Assembly (NCBI GenBank): GCA_963729625.1
Contig: CAVSOU010000008.1
Span: forward strand, 640,001-704,000
DNA: 64,000 nt
Reading direction: 5' to 3'
Source: an uncultured bacterium
Lineage (GTDB): Bacteria; Chloroflexota; UBA5177; JANWHV01
The notes under the pieces were generated by a model. It did not search any database, was not told where the DNA came from, and saw only the letters and a list, made by a program, of their open reading frames with translations. Below are positions 37,466 through 47,042 of the stretch, in pieces. Made by a program: the position numbers and the translations under genes. How positions within the stretch are numbered: position 1 is the first letter of the stretch; every line of letters starts with the position of its first letter.

Positions 37466-40400
37466 CTACTTCGCGATAGCCACTTCGTTGGCGCCCGCGG
37501 CCGACGGCACGACCGCCATTACCGTGTCGTCCGAGGTGCGAATGATAGTTACCGCGTTTCCGCCAATGCTTGCGACATAGAGATACTTTCCGTCGGCAGT
37601 CACGTCGAGCCCATGCGGCTGGGCGGCGACGGGGATAGTGGCGGAGACGACGCGCCTTGCCGCGTCGATCACGCTGACTGCATTGCCCAGCTGGTCGGCT
37701 GCATAGATCGTCTTGCCATCCGGACTCACCGCGGGCAGCGCCGGCCCCCTGCCGATGGGAAACGTCGCCACCGTCGTGCGGGTCTTCTCGTCGACTACCG
37801 ATATGCTGTTTGCCGTCTGATTCGTTACCCACGCTTCATGGCGCTGCGGATCGACGACCACACCGAACGCGCCCGGGCCCGTCACAACGGGCCCGATGGG
37901 CTGTTTGGTGACGGCGTCCACGAGGTAGATCCATGCGCCTCCGGCGCAGGCTACGTACAATGTATGGCCGTCCTCCGACAGATCAAGGCCGTGCGGCTCG
38001 AAACACGCGTCATTGGGAAAGGCGATACGACTGGACGATCCCGAGATCACGTTGAGCGCGTAGAGATCGTTGGAACGGAAGTCGGTGACGAAGGCCTGCC
38101 GGTGGTCGGGCGTGAAGACGATGTGTGCCGGTCCCAGCCCCACTTCAAACGTCTGTACCACGCGCATGGTACGCAGATCGATCTTGGAGACCGAACCCGG
38201 GTCTGCCCCGAAGTTCGTCACGTAGGCATACGGGGTGCCGTCCAACACGTCGACGCCGTGCGCCTGCGCGCCGGTATGCAGGATCGGTTTGCCAAGCAAG
38301 CGCACACCATTCGACCCCATCTCGCTGACTATCGCCGTATAAGGAAGCCCCGCGGCGAAGGCCGCGCCATATCCTGCCGGCTTGGCCTTTGAGGTGGGTG
38401 TCACGGGCCCCGGTGTTGACCTCGATCCATCAAGCAGGTGTATCGGGCCGCTCAGAGGCACTTGAAAGACAAACTGGCGAACGGAGGTCCAGGCTCCGCT
38501 GACCTCGATCTGCACCGTCAATCCCCAACGGCCTTCCATTGGCGCAAAGAGACCGGAAGCCTGCCAGCGGCCGCCCCCGAGCGACTGGGTGATAACCGTC
38601 TGGTCGCCCATGTCCATATCCAGCGAAGCCGACAGGATCTGCACGGCAGGCGCGTGCAGGTTGGACAACGTCAGAGTGTTGGCCGCACTGAGGCGCCCAG
38701 GACTGAGACCGATCTGGATCGCAGCGGGATTGAGGCCCGCAGGCAAGAAGCCCGCGCCGGAGCCGGCGATGAACTGCAACGGCACGTCACGATATTCCAA
38801 CGGATCGCTGTGGGTGCGCACCAACACATCAGCTTGCCAGCGGCCGTTTTGCACCAGGTCACCCGTCCCAACGTAGCCGCCTCCGGAAGGCGTGGTCTCG
38901 GAGAACACGGCGCCGAGCGCCACATTGTCGGGCATTGCGAGTTTGATGCGTACCTGGCCGTCGAACACGACCTTGCCGCGCTCGCGGACGATGGCAAAGA
39001 GCCGCGCGTGCCCCACGACCGGAGGGCTGATGGCAAGTGAAACGTCCAGCAGTGCTTTGTGTGCCGCTCCGCTGATGCTGTTGGGGGAAGCAGGGGTTGG
39101 CGTCGCCACGGCGACGGTAGAGGGTCCGGCGGATGCCTGACCGGGCGCCGAGAAGACCGTGACCGCCGGCGCCACCTCGCCCATCAGTGCCACGCAGAGC
39201 AATACGCCGGCGCCCAGCAACGGCTCGATTGCGAGGCGTCGGGTAAGCGAGGCGAAGCCCGCGGGCAGCGAGCCGGTCCGTCGATCGGTCAATATGGCTG
39301 CGAGATGTGGGCGTGATACGAGGACGTGGGAGGCGCTGATGGTGACAATAAGGCCAATGATGACCAGCTTCGCGATCAAGAAGCGGCCGTACTGCGAATT
39401 GAAGAAGGTGTCGAGACTGCTCACGTGGACCTGGGCGTTGAACATCCCGGTGGCCATGGCAGCCGGCACCGCGATCAGGGCCACCGGCGAATAGCGCGTC
39501 AGGATTATGAGGAATGCGAGCCGCGAATCATCACAGGCGCCGGCGCTCTCGCTCACGCTTGTGAAGAGCGCTGGAATCAAGGCCAGGGCAATGCACGCCA
39601 TGCAGCCGATCCAAAGCGAGTTCGCGACGAGGTGCAGCCAGTCCAGCAGCACCGACGTAGCCACCATTTGCGTGACGGCATCAGCATGACCCGACATCGC
39701 CATGGCCACGAGGTAGAGGCCGCCAAGGACGCCGGCCGCAGGCACGGGAACGGAGGCTGACCATCCGGACGCGCTCGCGTCGAGCTTGCCCTCTGGTGTG
39801 GTGGGCACGAGCATCAGCGCTACCTGCGCGAGGAACAGGAAAGCCAGCCGGACGAGCCAGAAGGCGCCATAGTGCGAATGCAGGATGTCACGAATCACCG
39901 TGAAGGATGTGAGCGTGCCTCCGCCCGCATAGGCTTGCCCTTCGAGCTCGATCACGCTCGCCAGCAATGTGGCAAGCAGGCCGATCTGCACGATAGCGAC
40001 CACCCGTTCCGAGGCGCGAGCTGCCAGTGCGGCGATGGCGCCGCGAGCATCAGTGCGGGCCGGACGCAGAACAAGAAGCTCGAACGCCAGGGCGCCAGTC
40101 CACAGCGTTGAGGCGAGCAGTACCAGCCAATGGGCTAGCGAGAGGATCAAGCCCGTGAAATCAAGCGTTGGCCAGGTCGTGGCGACAGTGCCTGAACCAG
40201 ACCCAAGCAATTGTGCGCCGGCTCCGCCGACCGTGAACACGTAGAATCCATGCAACACGTGCCCGTCCTGCGCGGAGTCGCTGGTCCAGAGAACGGTATA
40301 CTGGCCGTTCTGCAGCGCCGGGATAGTCACGTCGAGCTCCTGGCTATCCGCCGGATCCTGGCTGCCGGTATCCGCGTTAACCTGGCGGCCCTGCGCGTCT

Positions 40401-40600
40401 TTGATCACGATCTGGGAGAGCGAGGCATTGATTGGCTCGTCGAACCAGAAATGCACGACACCGCCCGGCATGACCAGTCGGCTGTCTGGTGCAAGATCGG
40501 CACGCACGAGGTGGGCATGCGCGAGGGCGCTGCCGGGCAACAGCAGCAGCGAGATAGCGGTAACTACCAGGCAGAACGCGAGCCGGTAGAACACGGCCAT
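37466..40600 (-). CDS. CopC-CopD-(YtkA/FixH-like x2)-YVTN beta-propeller fusion protein
   Basis: ALA|HAHLV and DGH (CopC); MSGHA, WLHLV..SLWIG, YGRFLIAK (CopD); GRW-ending Ig-like modules; YVTN/FVTD/WVTN/YVAS blades. Confidence 0.85.
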   Translation of the reverse strand: MAVFYRLAFCLVVTAISLLLLPGSALAHAHLVRADLAPDSRLVMPGGVVHFWFDEPINASLSQIVIKDAQGRQVNADTGSQDPADSQELDVTIPALQNGQYTVLWTSDSAQDGHVLHGFYVFTVGGAGAQLLGSGSGTVATTWPTLDFTGLILSLAHWLVLLASTLWTGALAFELLVLRPARTDARGAIAALAARASERVVAIVQIGLLATLLASVIELEGQAYAGGGTLTSFTVIRDILHSHYGAFWLVRLAFLFLAQVALMLVPTTPEGKLDASASGWSASVPVPAAGVLGGLYLVAMAMSGHADAVTQMVATSVLLDWLHLVANSLWIGCMACIALALIPALFTSVSESAGACDDSRLAFLIILTRYSPVALIAVPAAMATGMFNAQVHVSSLDTFFNSQYGRFLIAKLVIIGLIVTISASHVLVSRPHLAAILTDRRTGSLPAGFASLTRRLAIEPLLGAGVLLCVALMGEVAPAVTVFSAPGQASAGPSTVAVATPTPASPNSISGAAHKALLDVSLAISPPVVGHARLFAIVRERGKVVFDGQVRIKLAMPDNVALGAVFSETTPSGGGYVGTGDLVQNGRWQADVLVRTHSDPLEYRDVPLQFIAGSGAGFLPAGLNPAAIQIGLSPGRLSAANTLTLSNLHAPAVQILSASLDMDMGDQTVITQSLGGGRWQASGLFAPMEGRWGLTVQIEVSGAWTSVRQFVFQVPLSGPIHLLDGSRSTPGPVTPTSKAKPAGYGAAFAAGLPYTAIVSEMGSNGVRLLGKPILHTGAQAHGVDVLDGTPYAYVTNFGADPGSVSKIDLRTMRVVQTFEVGLGPAHIVFTPDHRQAFVTDFRSNDLYALNVISGSSSRIAFPNDACFEPHGLDLSEDGHTLYVACAGGAWIYLVDAVTKQPIGPVVTGPGAFGVVVDPQRHEAWVTNQTANSISVVDEKTRTTVATFPIGRGPALPAVSPDGKTIYAADQLGNAVSVIDAARRVVSATIPVAAQPHGLDVTADGKYLYVASIGGNAVTIIRTSDDTVMAVVPSAAGANEVAIAK

Positions 40601-40669
40601 ACGCAACGACTCTCTTCTTCGGTTCCGCGCACGCAAGCGGGCGATCGGCGACGTGATAGCTCCAGCTCG

Positions 40670-40910
40670 TTGATCGTCAATAGTGCATAGTCGCCGGCAC
40701 GGCGCCCATCAGCGGCGCGGACAGTGAACCACTGAAGATTGTACGCTCCCCTGGTCAACTTGGGCACACGCAGCGCCAGTACCCTCGAATGGCGGTGACG
40801 ACGCTGCAAGCGCGGCCTCGACGCGGACAACTGTACCTTGCGGTTGCAGCCGCACTGAAGGACTGTACCACACGGCCCACCGGACCCACACTCTCAGCCA
40901 CCATAATAGG
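40670..40910 (-). pseudogene. Degenerate copC remnant
   Basis: LALRVPKLTRGAYNLQWFTVRAADGRR aligns by eye to LDVTIPALQNGQYTVLWTSDSAQDGH of the next gene; upstream part is frameshifted. Confidence 0.5.
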
Positions 40911-41409
40911 CTGCGTTGCACGGCTCGCCGAGCATCGGCTCGCGGCCCGCTCCCGCTCGCAACGTGCGTGGCTTCCAGAGGTTACTGCGAGCCCGCGAGC
41001 AATTCATGACTGCGGGGCGCGCGAACTGCGCATTGCCAAAGTTCTGATCGCCTCGAGGTGCGTTCCTTCAGGGCGAAGCGTCTGCCGGCACGTTTCGCCA
41101 GCTGCCCGGCAAGCGTCTATATCGAAGTCACGGCTTGATCTAGACGACTTTGCGCTGACAATCCGCGCTACATCTGCGGGTTCCGTCGTGCCTCCACCTC
41201 GGTGTGGTACCTGGGCGACCGCTTCCTGGGCAGTGGGCTGCCATCAGGGCGGCAGCCCTGATGTTCAGGGCCAAGACGATGCGCCCGGTCTCCGTGGATG
41301 CGGTGGGCCAGGCACCCCGGGCAGGGCGCTGGCTCCAGGGCGGCATGCGCTATACTTCTCGACGTCGTCGTCAGTGACGCGATGTGCCGATGAGAGGGGG
41401 GGTTCGTTC

Positions 41410-42600
41410 ATGACGAACGCTGCGGGACTGCCTGATCCGACCGATGCGCGGAGAATCGGCGAGATCGCTCTGAGGTTGATCAAGGAGCCGAGCCTTTCGT
41501 GCCAGGAGCAGGGGGTCGCGCGACTGGTCGCCGAGGAAATGGACCGATTGGGGTTTGCCGTCGCGGTTGACGACATGGGCAACGTCGTCGGCACGCTCGA
41601 CGCAGGACCTGGTCCCTGCATCCTCCTCGATTCGCACCTCGATACGGTCGGCGTCAGCGATCGACCGGCTTGGAGCCATGATCCCGAGGGGGAGCTGGTG
41701 GGCGACTGCCTCTATGGCCGTGGCGCCATGGATATGAAGGGGCCGCTGGCGGCATGCATGTACGGCATCGCGTCCTTGCGCGGGCGATTGCAGCGCGGCA
41801 AAGTGGTCGTGTCGGCGACGATCGCCGAGGAGCTGCTGGAAGGACCGGCAACAGTGCACGTGGCGGAACGCGTGCGGCCGGACGTCGCGATCATCTGCGA
41901 GGCTACATCGCTGCGGATAGCCCATGGCCAGCGCGGCCGCGCCGAGCTCCGGGTAGACGTCTTCGGGCGGTCGACGCACTCGTCGCGCCCTGAGTTGGGT
42001 GTGAACGCCGCGCAAGCTATGGTCGACGTGGTGTCTGTGTTGCGCACGCTGCAGCCGCCACACCATCACGTGCTTGGGGACGGCATCCTGGTGCTGACGG
42101 ATATCATGTCGGTACCGTATCCCGCCAACTCCGTGGTTCCCAACCACTGCATAGCGACATTCGATCGTCGCACGCTGCCGGGCGAGACGCTCGAAGGCGT
42201 GCTTGCGCCGATCGCCCAGGCCCTCGAGCGCGCGCTCGAGGGCAGTGGCGCGCGCGGCACGGTGAGCATCGCCGAAGATGACCTGATCTCGTACTCCGGC
42301 GCGCGCGTCACCGGACCCAATTTCGCGGACGCGTGGTATGTCGCGAAAGAGGATACGCTTGTCCAGTGCGCGATTCGGGCCATGGTTGACGCGGGCATCG
42401 ATCCGTACACCACGCACTATGCGTTCTGTACGAACGGAAGCGGCACTGCCGGAAGCCTGGGCATACCGACGATAGGATTCGGCCCGGGAGACGAGACGCT
42501 TGCTCACCGCCCGGACGAGCACATCGACATCCAGGATCTTGCAGCCGCTGCACGCGGGTACGCGGCTCTCGTCCGGCACCTCATGGCGATGGTGGGCTAG
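41410..42600 (+). CDS. M20 family metallo-hydrolase (ArgE/YgeY-like)
   Basis: DSHLDTV, LYGRGAMDMKG, IAEE, ICEAT, GQRGR, HSSRP, DRR, CTNGS, GFGPG, AHRPDE. Confidence 0.88.
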   Translation: MTNAAGLPDPTDARRIGEIALRLIKEPSLSCQEQGVARLVAEEMDRLGFAVAVDDMGNVVGTLDAGPGPCILLDSHLDTVGVSDRPAWSHDPEGELVGDCLYGRGAMDMKGPLAACMYGIASLRGRLQRGKVVVSATIAEELLEGPATVHVAERVRPDVAIICEATSLRIAHGQRGRAELRVDVFGRSTHSSRPELGVNAAQAMVDVVSVLRTLQPPHHHVLGDGILVLTDIMSVPYPANSVVPNHCIATFDRRTLPGETLEGVLAPIAQALERALEGSGARGTVSIAEDDLISYSGARVTGPNFADAWYVAKEDTLVQCAIRAMVDAGIDPYTTHYAFCTNGSGTAGSLGIPTIGFGPGDETLAHRPDEHIDIQDLAAAARGYAALVRHLMAMVG

Positions 42601-42606
42601 CCCGCG

Positions 42607-43836
42607 ATGGGCACGGTGACATCGGCGGTGGTCCTGCAGCGCGACCGCCGCGAAGAGCGCTTCGCCGATCCTGAAATGGCAGTGGCGCGGGACGAAGGTG
42701 ACCAGATTGAACTGCACTACGCATATGGACCCAGCCTGATCCCGCCCAAGGCGCCTTCATCCGACGGCATGTGGCGTTACCGCGATCTGCTGCCCCTGGT
42801 TGCAGGCGAGATCCGGTATCCGCTGCCGGTCGGCGGGACACCACTTGTCGCGCCTCCTCAGCTGCGCCAGATCACGGGCCTGCCGCGGTTGTGGCTGAAG
42901 GACGAGACGCGCATGCCAACGGGCTCGAACAAGGATCGCGCCACGGCACTTGTCCTTGAGCAGGCGATGCGCGGCGGAACGCGCATGGTGAGCTGCGCGT
43001 CCACGGGAAACGTCGCGGTCTCGCTCGCTGTTGGGGCGGCAGCGGCCGGCCTGCGTGCCGTCCTCTTTGTTCCGGCCGATACGCGCGAGTCGAAGCTACA
43101 GTTGATGCTGCTCGCCGGCGCAACGGTAATCAGAGTGCGGGAAGGCTACGAGGCGGCGTTCGCGCTGTCGCGCCGCGCCGCGCACGCCTTTGGCTGGTGC
43201 GACAGGAACACGGGCGTGAACCCACTGACGCTGGAAGCGAAGAAGACGGTCGCGTTCGAGATCTGGGAGCAACTCGGGCGCGAGCTTCCGGAGATCGTCG
43301 TGGCGCCAGTCGGCGACGGCGTGACGCTCTGCGCACTGGTTAAAGGGTTTCGCGAATTGAGGGCGTGTGGCGCCACCAATCGATTGCCGAAGGTGATCGG
43401 CGTGCAGGCCGATGGGTGCCAGCCACTTGTGCGGGCATGGCTTACGCGTACGCCGCTCGTACCGGTCGAGCCGGACACCATAGCGGACGGCATTGCCGTT
43501 GGCGCCCCGTTTAGCGGGCCGATGGTGCTTCGCGACATTGATGAGGCGGGTGGAGGGCTCGTGACGGCGTCCAACGCGTCGATGCTGCAAGCAATCCGGA
43601 CACTCGCAGCGTTCGGCGGCGTTCTGGCTGAGCCTGCCGGTGCTACGGCCTTCGCCGGACTGGAGCCGGCGTTGGCGGCGGGGCTGTTCGAGCGCGGCGA
43701 CCGGGTCGTCGCGCTTGTGACGGGGACGGGTCTGAAGAGCCTGCAGTATCTGAAGCCCCAGGCAGCGCCGCTCGAGGTGCAGGGTAAGCTGGACGAGGTC
43801 GAGCGCGCGCTGCAGCAGGCAGGATCGGGTTCGTGA
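42607..43836 (+). CDS. Threonine synthase-like PLP enzyme
   Basis: MWRYRDLLP, GGTPL, PTGSNKDR, ASTGN, KKTVAFEIWEQ, PVGDG, AEPAGA, TGTGLK. Confidence 0.88.
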   Translation: MGTVTSAVVLQRDRREERFADPEMAVARDEGDQIELHYAYGPSLIPPKAPSSDGMWRYRDLLPLVAGEIRYPLPVGGTPLVAPPQLRQITGLPRLWLKDETRMPTGSNKDRATALVLEQAMRGGTRMVSCASTGNVAVSLAVGAAAAGLRAVLFVPADTRESKLQLMLLAGATVIRVREGYEAAFALSRRAAHAFGWCDRNTGVNPLTLEAKKTVAFEIWEQLGRELPEIVVAPVGDGVTLCALVKGFRELRACGATNRLPKVIGVQADGCQPLVRAWLTRTPLVPVEPDTIADGIAVGAPFSGPMVLRDIDEAGGGLVTASNASMLQAIRTLAAFGGVLAEPAGATAFAGLEPALAAGLFERGDRVVALVTGTGLKSLQYLKPQAAPLEVQGKLDEVERALQQAGSGS

Positions 43837-44029
43837 CGAGGCGGCTAACCCGTCACGGGAGAATCCACAAGCTCTGACGGTACCAGCACAATTCACGGCA
43901 GCGGCACGAGCGCGTGAGGTCGGGATGTAGCACGACCAGGTCACCGGCGTAAAAGCTATGTCGACGGCGTCGCCAGAACATCGGCAAGAGAATGATGACT
44001 TGGTAGCGGCCTTGACCGCACCCACCGAT

Positions 44030-44052
44030 TGCATTACTAATTGAGTAATGCA
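44030..44052. promoter_or_regulatory. vapBC-2 autoregulatory operator
   Basis: TGCATTACT-aattg-AGTAATGCA perfect 9-bp arms; TTGACC at 44012-44017. Confidence 0.7.
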
Positions 44053-44073
44053 GAATCAGTAAGGAGCAATGCG

Positions 44074-44298
44074 ATGGCGACGGTAACAAGGAAGGGACAG
44101 GTCACTCTACCAAGAGAAGTTCGTAGGGCACTTGGCATCGAAGCGGGCGCCGAGGTTGACTTCGAGGTACGACCTGATGGCGTCCTGCTGAGAAGAACAG
44201 TCCCGCGCGAAGCTTTTGAGCGCTGGCGCGGTTATCTCAAGACGCGCGGTATCGATGCAACAACAGACGAGCTTATGGCAGAGCTTCGCGAACAATGA
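44074..44298 (+). CDS. vapB: AbrB/MazE-family antitoxin
   Basis: AAGGAG RBS; ATVTRKGQVTLPREVRRALGI. Confidence 0.88.
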   Translation: MATVTRKGQVTLPREVRRALGIEAGAEVDFEVRPDGVLLRRTVPREAFERWRGYLKTRGIDATTDELMAELREQ

Positions 44299-44780
44299 GG
44301 ACGGCAATTGACACGAACGTGCTACTCGATGTTGTAACCAACGACCCGCGCTACTTCGAGCATGCTTGTAACGCCGTCACTCATGCGGTTCAGGCAGGCG
44401 TCGCTCTCGTCAGCCCAATCGTGTACGCGGAGTTGGGAGTGCACTTTGACCAGACGTCGTCTGACCTTGACGCCTTCCTGCAAGACCTTGGTATCACGCT
44501 GGATCCCTTACTGGCCGACAAGACGCTCATGGTTGCCGCGCGGACATGGCGCACCTACTTGCAGACGCGGGGACAGCAAGGGCAGTGCCCTCAGTGTGGT
44601 CAGGTCTTTGACGTCGTTTGCCCGCGTTGCGCTCGACACGTTCCCTGGCGACAACACATGGTGGCTGACTTCCTCGTCGGTGCTCATGCGCTGGCGCAGG
44701 CAGACACACTGCTTACCCGCGACCGCCGTATGTATGAGACGTATTTTCCGAGCCTGACGCTGATGCAACTCGACGAATAG
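44295..44780 (+). CDS. vapC: PIN-domain toxin with an inserted CxxC-CxxC zinc ribbon
   Basis: IDTNVLLD, VYAEL, CPQC...CPRC, ADFLVGAHA, LLTRD. Confidence 0.88.
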   Translation: MRTAIDTNVLLDVVTNDPRYFEHACNAVTHAVQAGVALVSPIVYAELGVHFDQTSSDLDAFLQDLGITLDPLLADKTLMVAARTWRTYLQTRGQQGQCPQCGQVFDVVCPRCARHVPWRQHMVADFLVGAHALAQADTLLTRDRRMYETYFPSLTLMQLDE

Positions 44781-44999
44781 GAACACAATCACCCAGGAGG
44801 ATCAGTACCGTGCGTTCTCACCAGCTACTCCGCTTGCCCGAATGATGATTTCGTGCACGTTTCCGCTTTTTCGCGATCACACGCACTCCTTGCACCATAC
44901 CATGGCCGCGGATAAGTTTCCGCATCTCTAGCGAAGCTTGCGAGTGCGCTGTAATGGGTTTTACATGCTGCGGAGGGCCCGCAAGCGGCCCCATGCCAG

Positions 45000-45944
45000 T
45001 TACGACCCGCTCGCCGTTTCCCCGGCGAGCCGGCCCTGAAGTAACCGCTTGTGTAGCTTGCAGACGACCGTGTACGCCGGATCAAACACGTTGCCGATGT
45101 CGTAGCGCACGCAGTGACCGAGCAGGAGGCGCGCGCCCAGCGGATCCAGGGCGATATCCTGCATGAGCCACCGCCCCATCTCGGTCGTGGCATGCTGCAA
45201 TGCCTGGTCCAGTGGGCGGGCATTGCCGACGGTAAAGATATATTCCTCGTTCTCACCGCACGGCCATCCAATTCGCTTCGCCTTGAGCACACGGACGGTG
45301 AACTGCACATGCATCGAAACCTCAATTCCGGTGCCGAGAATCTCGCCGTCCCCTTGTACCGCGTGGCCGTCTCCAAGATGAAAGAGCGCTCCCGGAACGA
45401 AGACTGGAAAATAGGCCGTGACACCAACGCCGAAGCCGCGGTAGTCCATATTGCCGCCGTATACGCCAGATGTCGCAGTCGAGATCGCCTGGCCAAGAGC
45501 GGGGGCGACGCCGAAGCAGCCCAGCATGGGCTCAAGCGGCAACGTAAATGTGCCCAACCGCGTTTCCGGTCCGAGCAGCGTGGCGGTGCCGGCTGCGACG
45601 TCCATGTGCCACTCCGCCTCGGGTCCCTCGCGGGGAAAAGCGGGCACTGCATCAGGGTCGAGGACGTTTGGAGCCAGCACGGTGGAGCTCCAACCCCTGT
45701 CGCGGCTGGGGACGATTCGGTCGATATGCACTGCCAGCGTGTCGCCGGGCTCGGCGCCTTCGACGAAGAACGGTCCCGTCTGCGGATTGCCGGGCTGGCT
45801 CAACTGCGTGCCGCGCGCATCAATGCCATGCGCATCGAGTGTGGAAGTGATGACCGTGTCCCCGTCCGCGATGCGAAGTACCGGCTCGTGGGAGCCGAGG
45901 GTCAGGTGGTAGTGCGTGGGCTGAAACTCATGGCTGGCCATCAT
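45000..45944 (-). CDS. Acetamidase/formamidase family protein
   Basis: NPQTGPFFVEGAEPGDTL, PMLGCFGVAP, GGNMD, GDGHAVQGDGE. Confidence 0.92.
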   Translation of the reverse strand: MMASHEFQPTHYHLTLGSHEPVLRIADGDTVITSTLDAHGIDARGTQLSQPGNPQTGPFFVEGAEPGDTLAVHIDRIVPSRDRGWSSTVLAPNVLDPDAVPAFPREGPEAEWHMDVAAGTATLLGPETRLGTFTLPLEPMLGCFGVAPALGQAISTATSGVYGGNMDYRGFGVGVTAYFPVFVPGALFHLGDGHAVQGDGEILGTGIEVSMHVQFTVRVLKAKRIGWPCGENEEYIFTVGNARPLDQALQHATTEMGRWLMQDIALDPLGARLLLGHCVRYDIGNVFDPAYTVVCKLHKRLLQGRLAGETASGS

Positions 45945-46186
45945 TTCTCTCTCAATCGTGTCGGAGTTGCTCTCGAGAATCGGAGCGCCAGTATGGATCA
46001 TACGTCCGGGCCTACCCCCGCGCAACGAAAGTGCACGCAGATATTGAGCACGCGCTCAGGGGCCGGGATCTCGTGACGGCGGCTTGCGGGCCTCGAGCTG
46101 CTCGCCAGCTTACCAGTACTCTGCGACCATTTGCCGGAAGGCCGTCGACGCTGCAGCCGCGCCGTGCTTCGCGTCCGGGGCTACGC

Positions 46187-46780
46187 TCAGGCCGGAGCGG
46201 GTACCGCGTGTGAAGCGCTGGCCGGGATCCCTGGCACGCCGAACACCGGATGCGGCATTCGCGCACCCGGAAGGGGCGGGACGAACGATCTCGAAATCGT
46301 TCCTGGTGATACGGGTACGTCCGCGATCGTTGCGTCTCGGGCAGAGCGCGACCGGCGGTGCACGAGGACGGGTGCCCTGGCGAGCACGGCCGCGAGGATG
46401 GCGCTTTCTCCTGCGCTTACCGGCACTTTGAGCGGCGCGAGCGAGCGCGCAGGCACTTCGACAGTCAAGCTCAGGCAGAGCAGATCGCGAGATCTCCCCG
46501 ATCCGGCGATCAGGAGCGCGTCGAAGCGCCAGATCTCGTGCAGCGCAGTCACCAACTGCGCGGTATGCCGGGCGCGAGCCTGCAGCCACTCAGAAGCACA
46601 TACGAGCTTTCCGCTTCGCGATCGTCTTGACCCTGCGCCGGGCGCCTCTGCATACGCGGTGAACTCCAAAGCGTCTTCAATGGTGGTCCCGCGAACTGCA
46701 AATACGCGCGAACGTGTTTCATCGAACAGAATCACACCGATGCATGGACTCGAGCTTGAATGTGCAGACGTCTCGACCAT
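46187..46780 (-). CDS. Stand-alone baeRF10-type middle-domain protein, copy 2
   Basis: GAGGAG then ATG 46780; IGVILFDETRSRVFAVRGTTIEDA...HTAQLV...FDALLIAG...VSAGESAILAA, paralogous to 34029-34625. Confidence 0.6.
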   Translation of the reverse strand: MVETSAHSSSSPCIGVILFDETRSRVFAVRGTTIEDALEFTAYAEAPGAGSRRSRSGKLVCASEWLQARARHTAQLVTALHEIWRFDALLIAGSGRSRDLLCLSLTVEVPARSLAPLKVPVSAGESAILAAVLARAPVLVHRRSRSARDATIADVPVSPGTISRSFVPPLPGARMPHPVFGVPGIPASASHAVPAPA

Positions 46781-47042
46781 TGTCCGATCTCCTCTGAACG
46801 CCGATGGAAAGTGGCTGGTACGAAGGCTCGCACGAAGAGTGGTAACAATAGCGTGGGAGCTACGCCTCATTGCGTCGCTGGGGGTGATCGTGGACCTGGC
46901 TATCATACGCCTGGTCGGCGCGGTTGTCCAGTGTTTGGACGCTTGATCCCCATGGCTCACCCCTTTCGTTTCCTTTCGGTCACGACAAATCGATTAGAGG
47001 CGCAGGGTGACTCCTGCAGCGATGGGAATCGGGACTCGAGCG

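Noticed and set aside
41235-41265. Two mutually exclusive hairpins upstream of the M20 gene
   Set aside because: They lie upstream of the likely -10 (TATACT 41351) and are explainable by local GC-rich symmetry.
46903-46953. 16-codon minus-strand ORF MGIKRPNTGQPRRPGV with a good RBS upstream of baeRF-like copy 2
   Set aside because: No counterpart upstream of copy 1 and no regulatory codon pattern.
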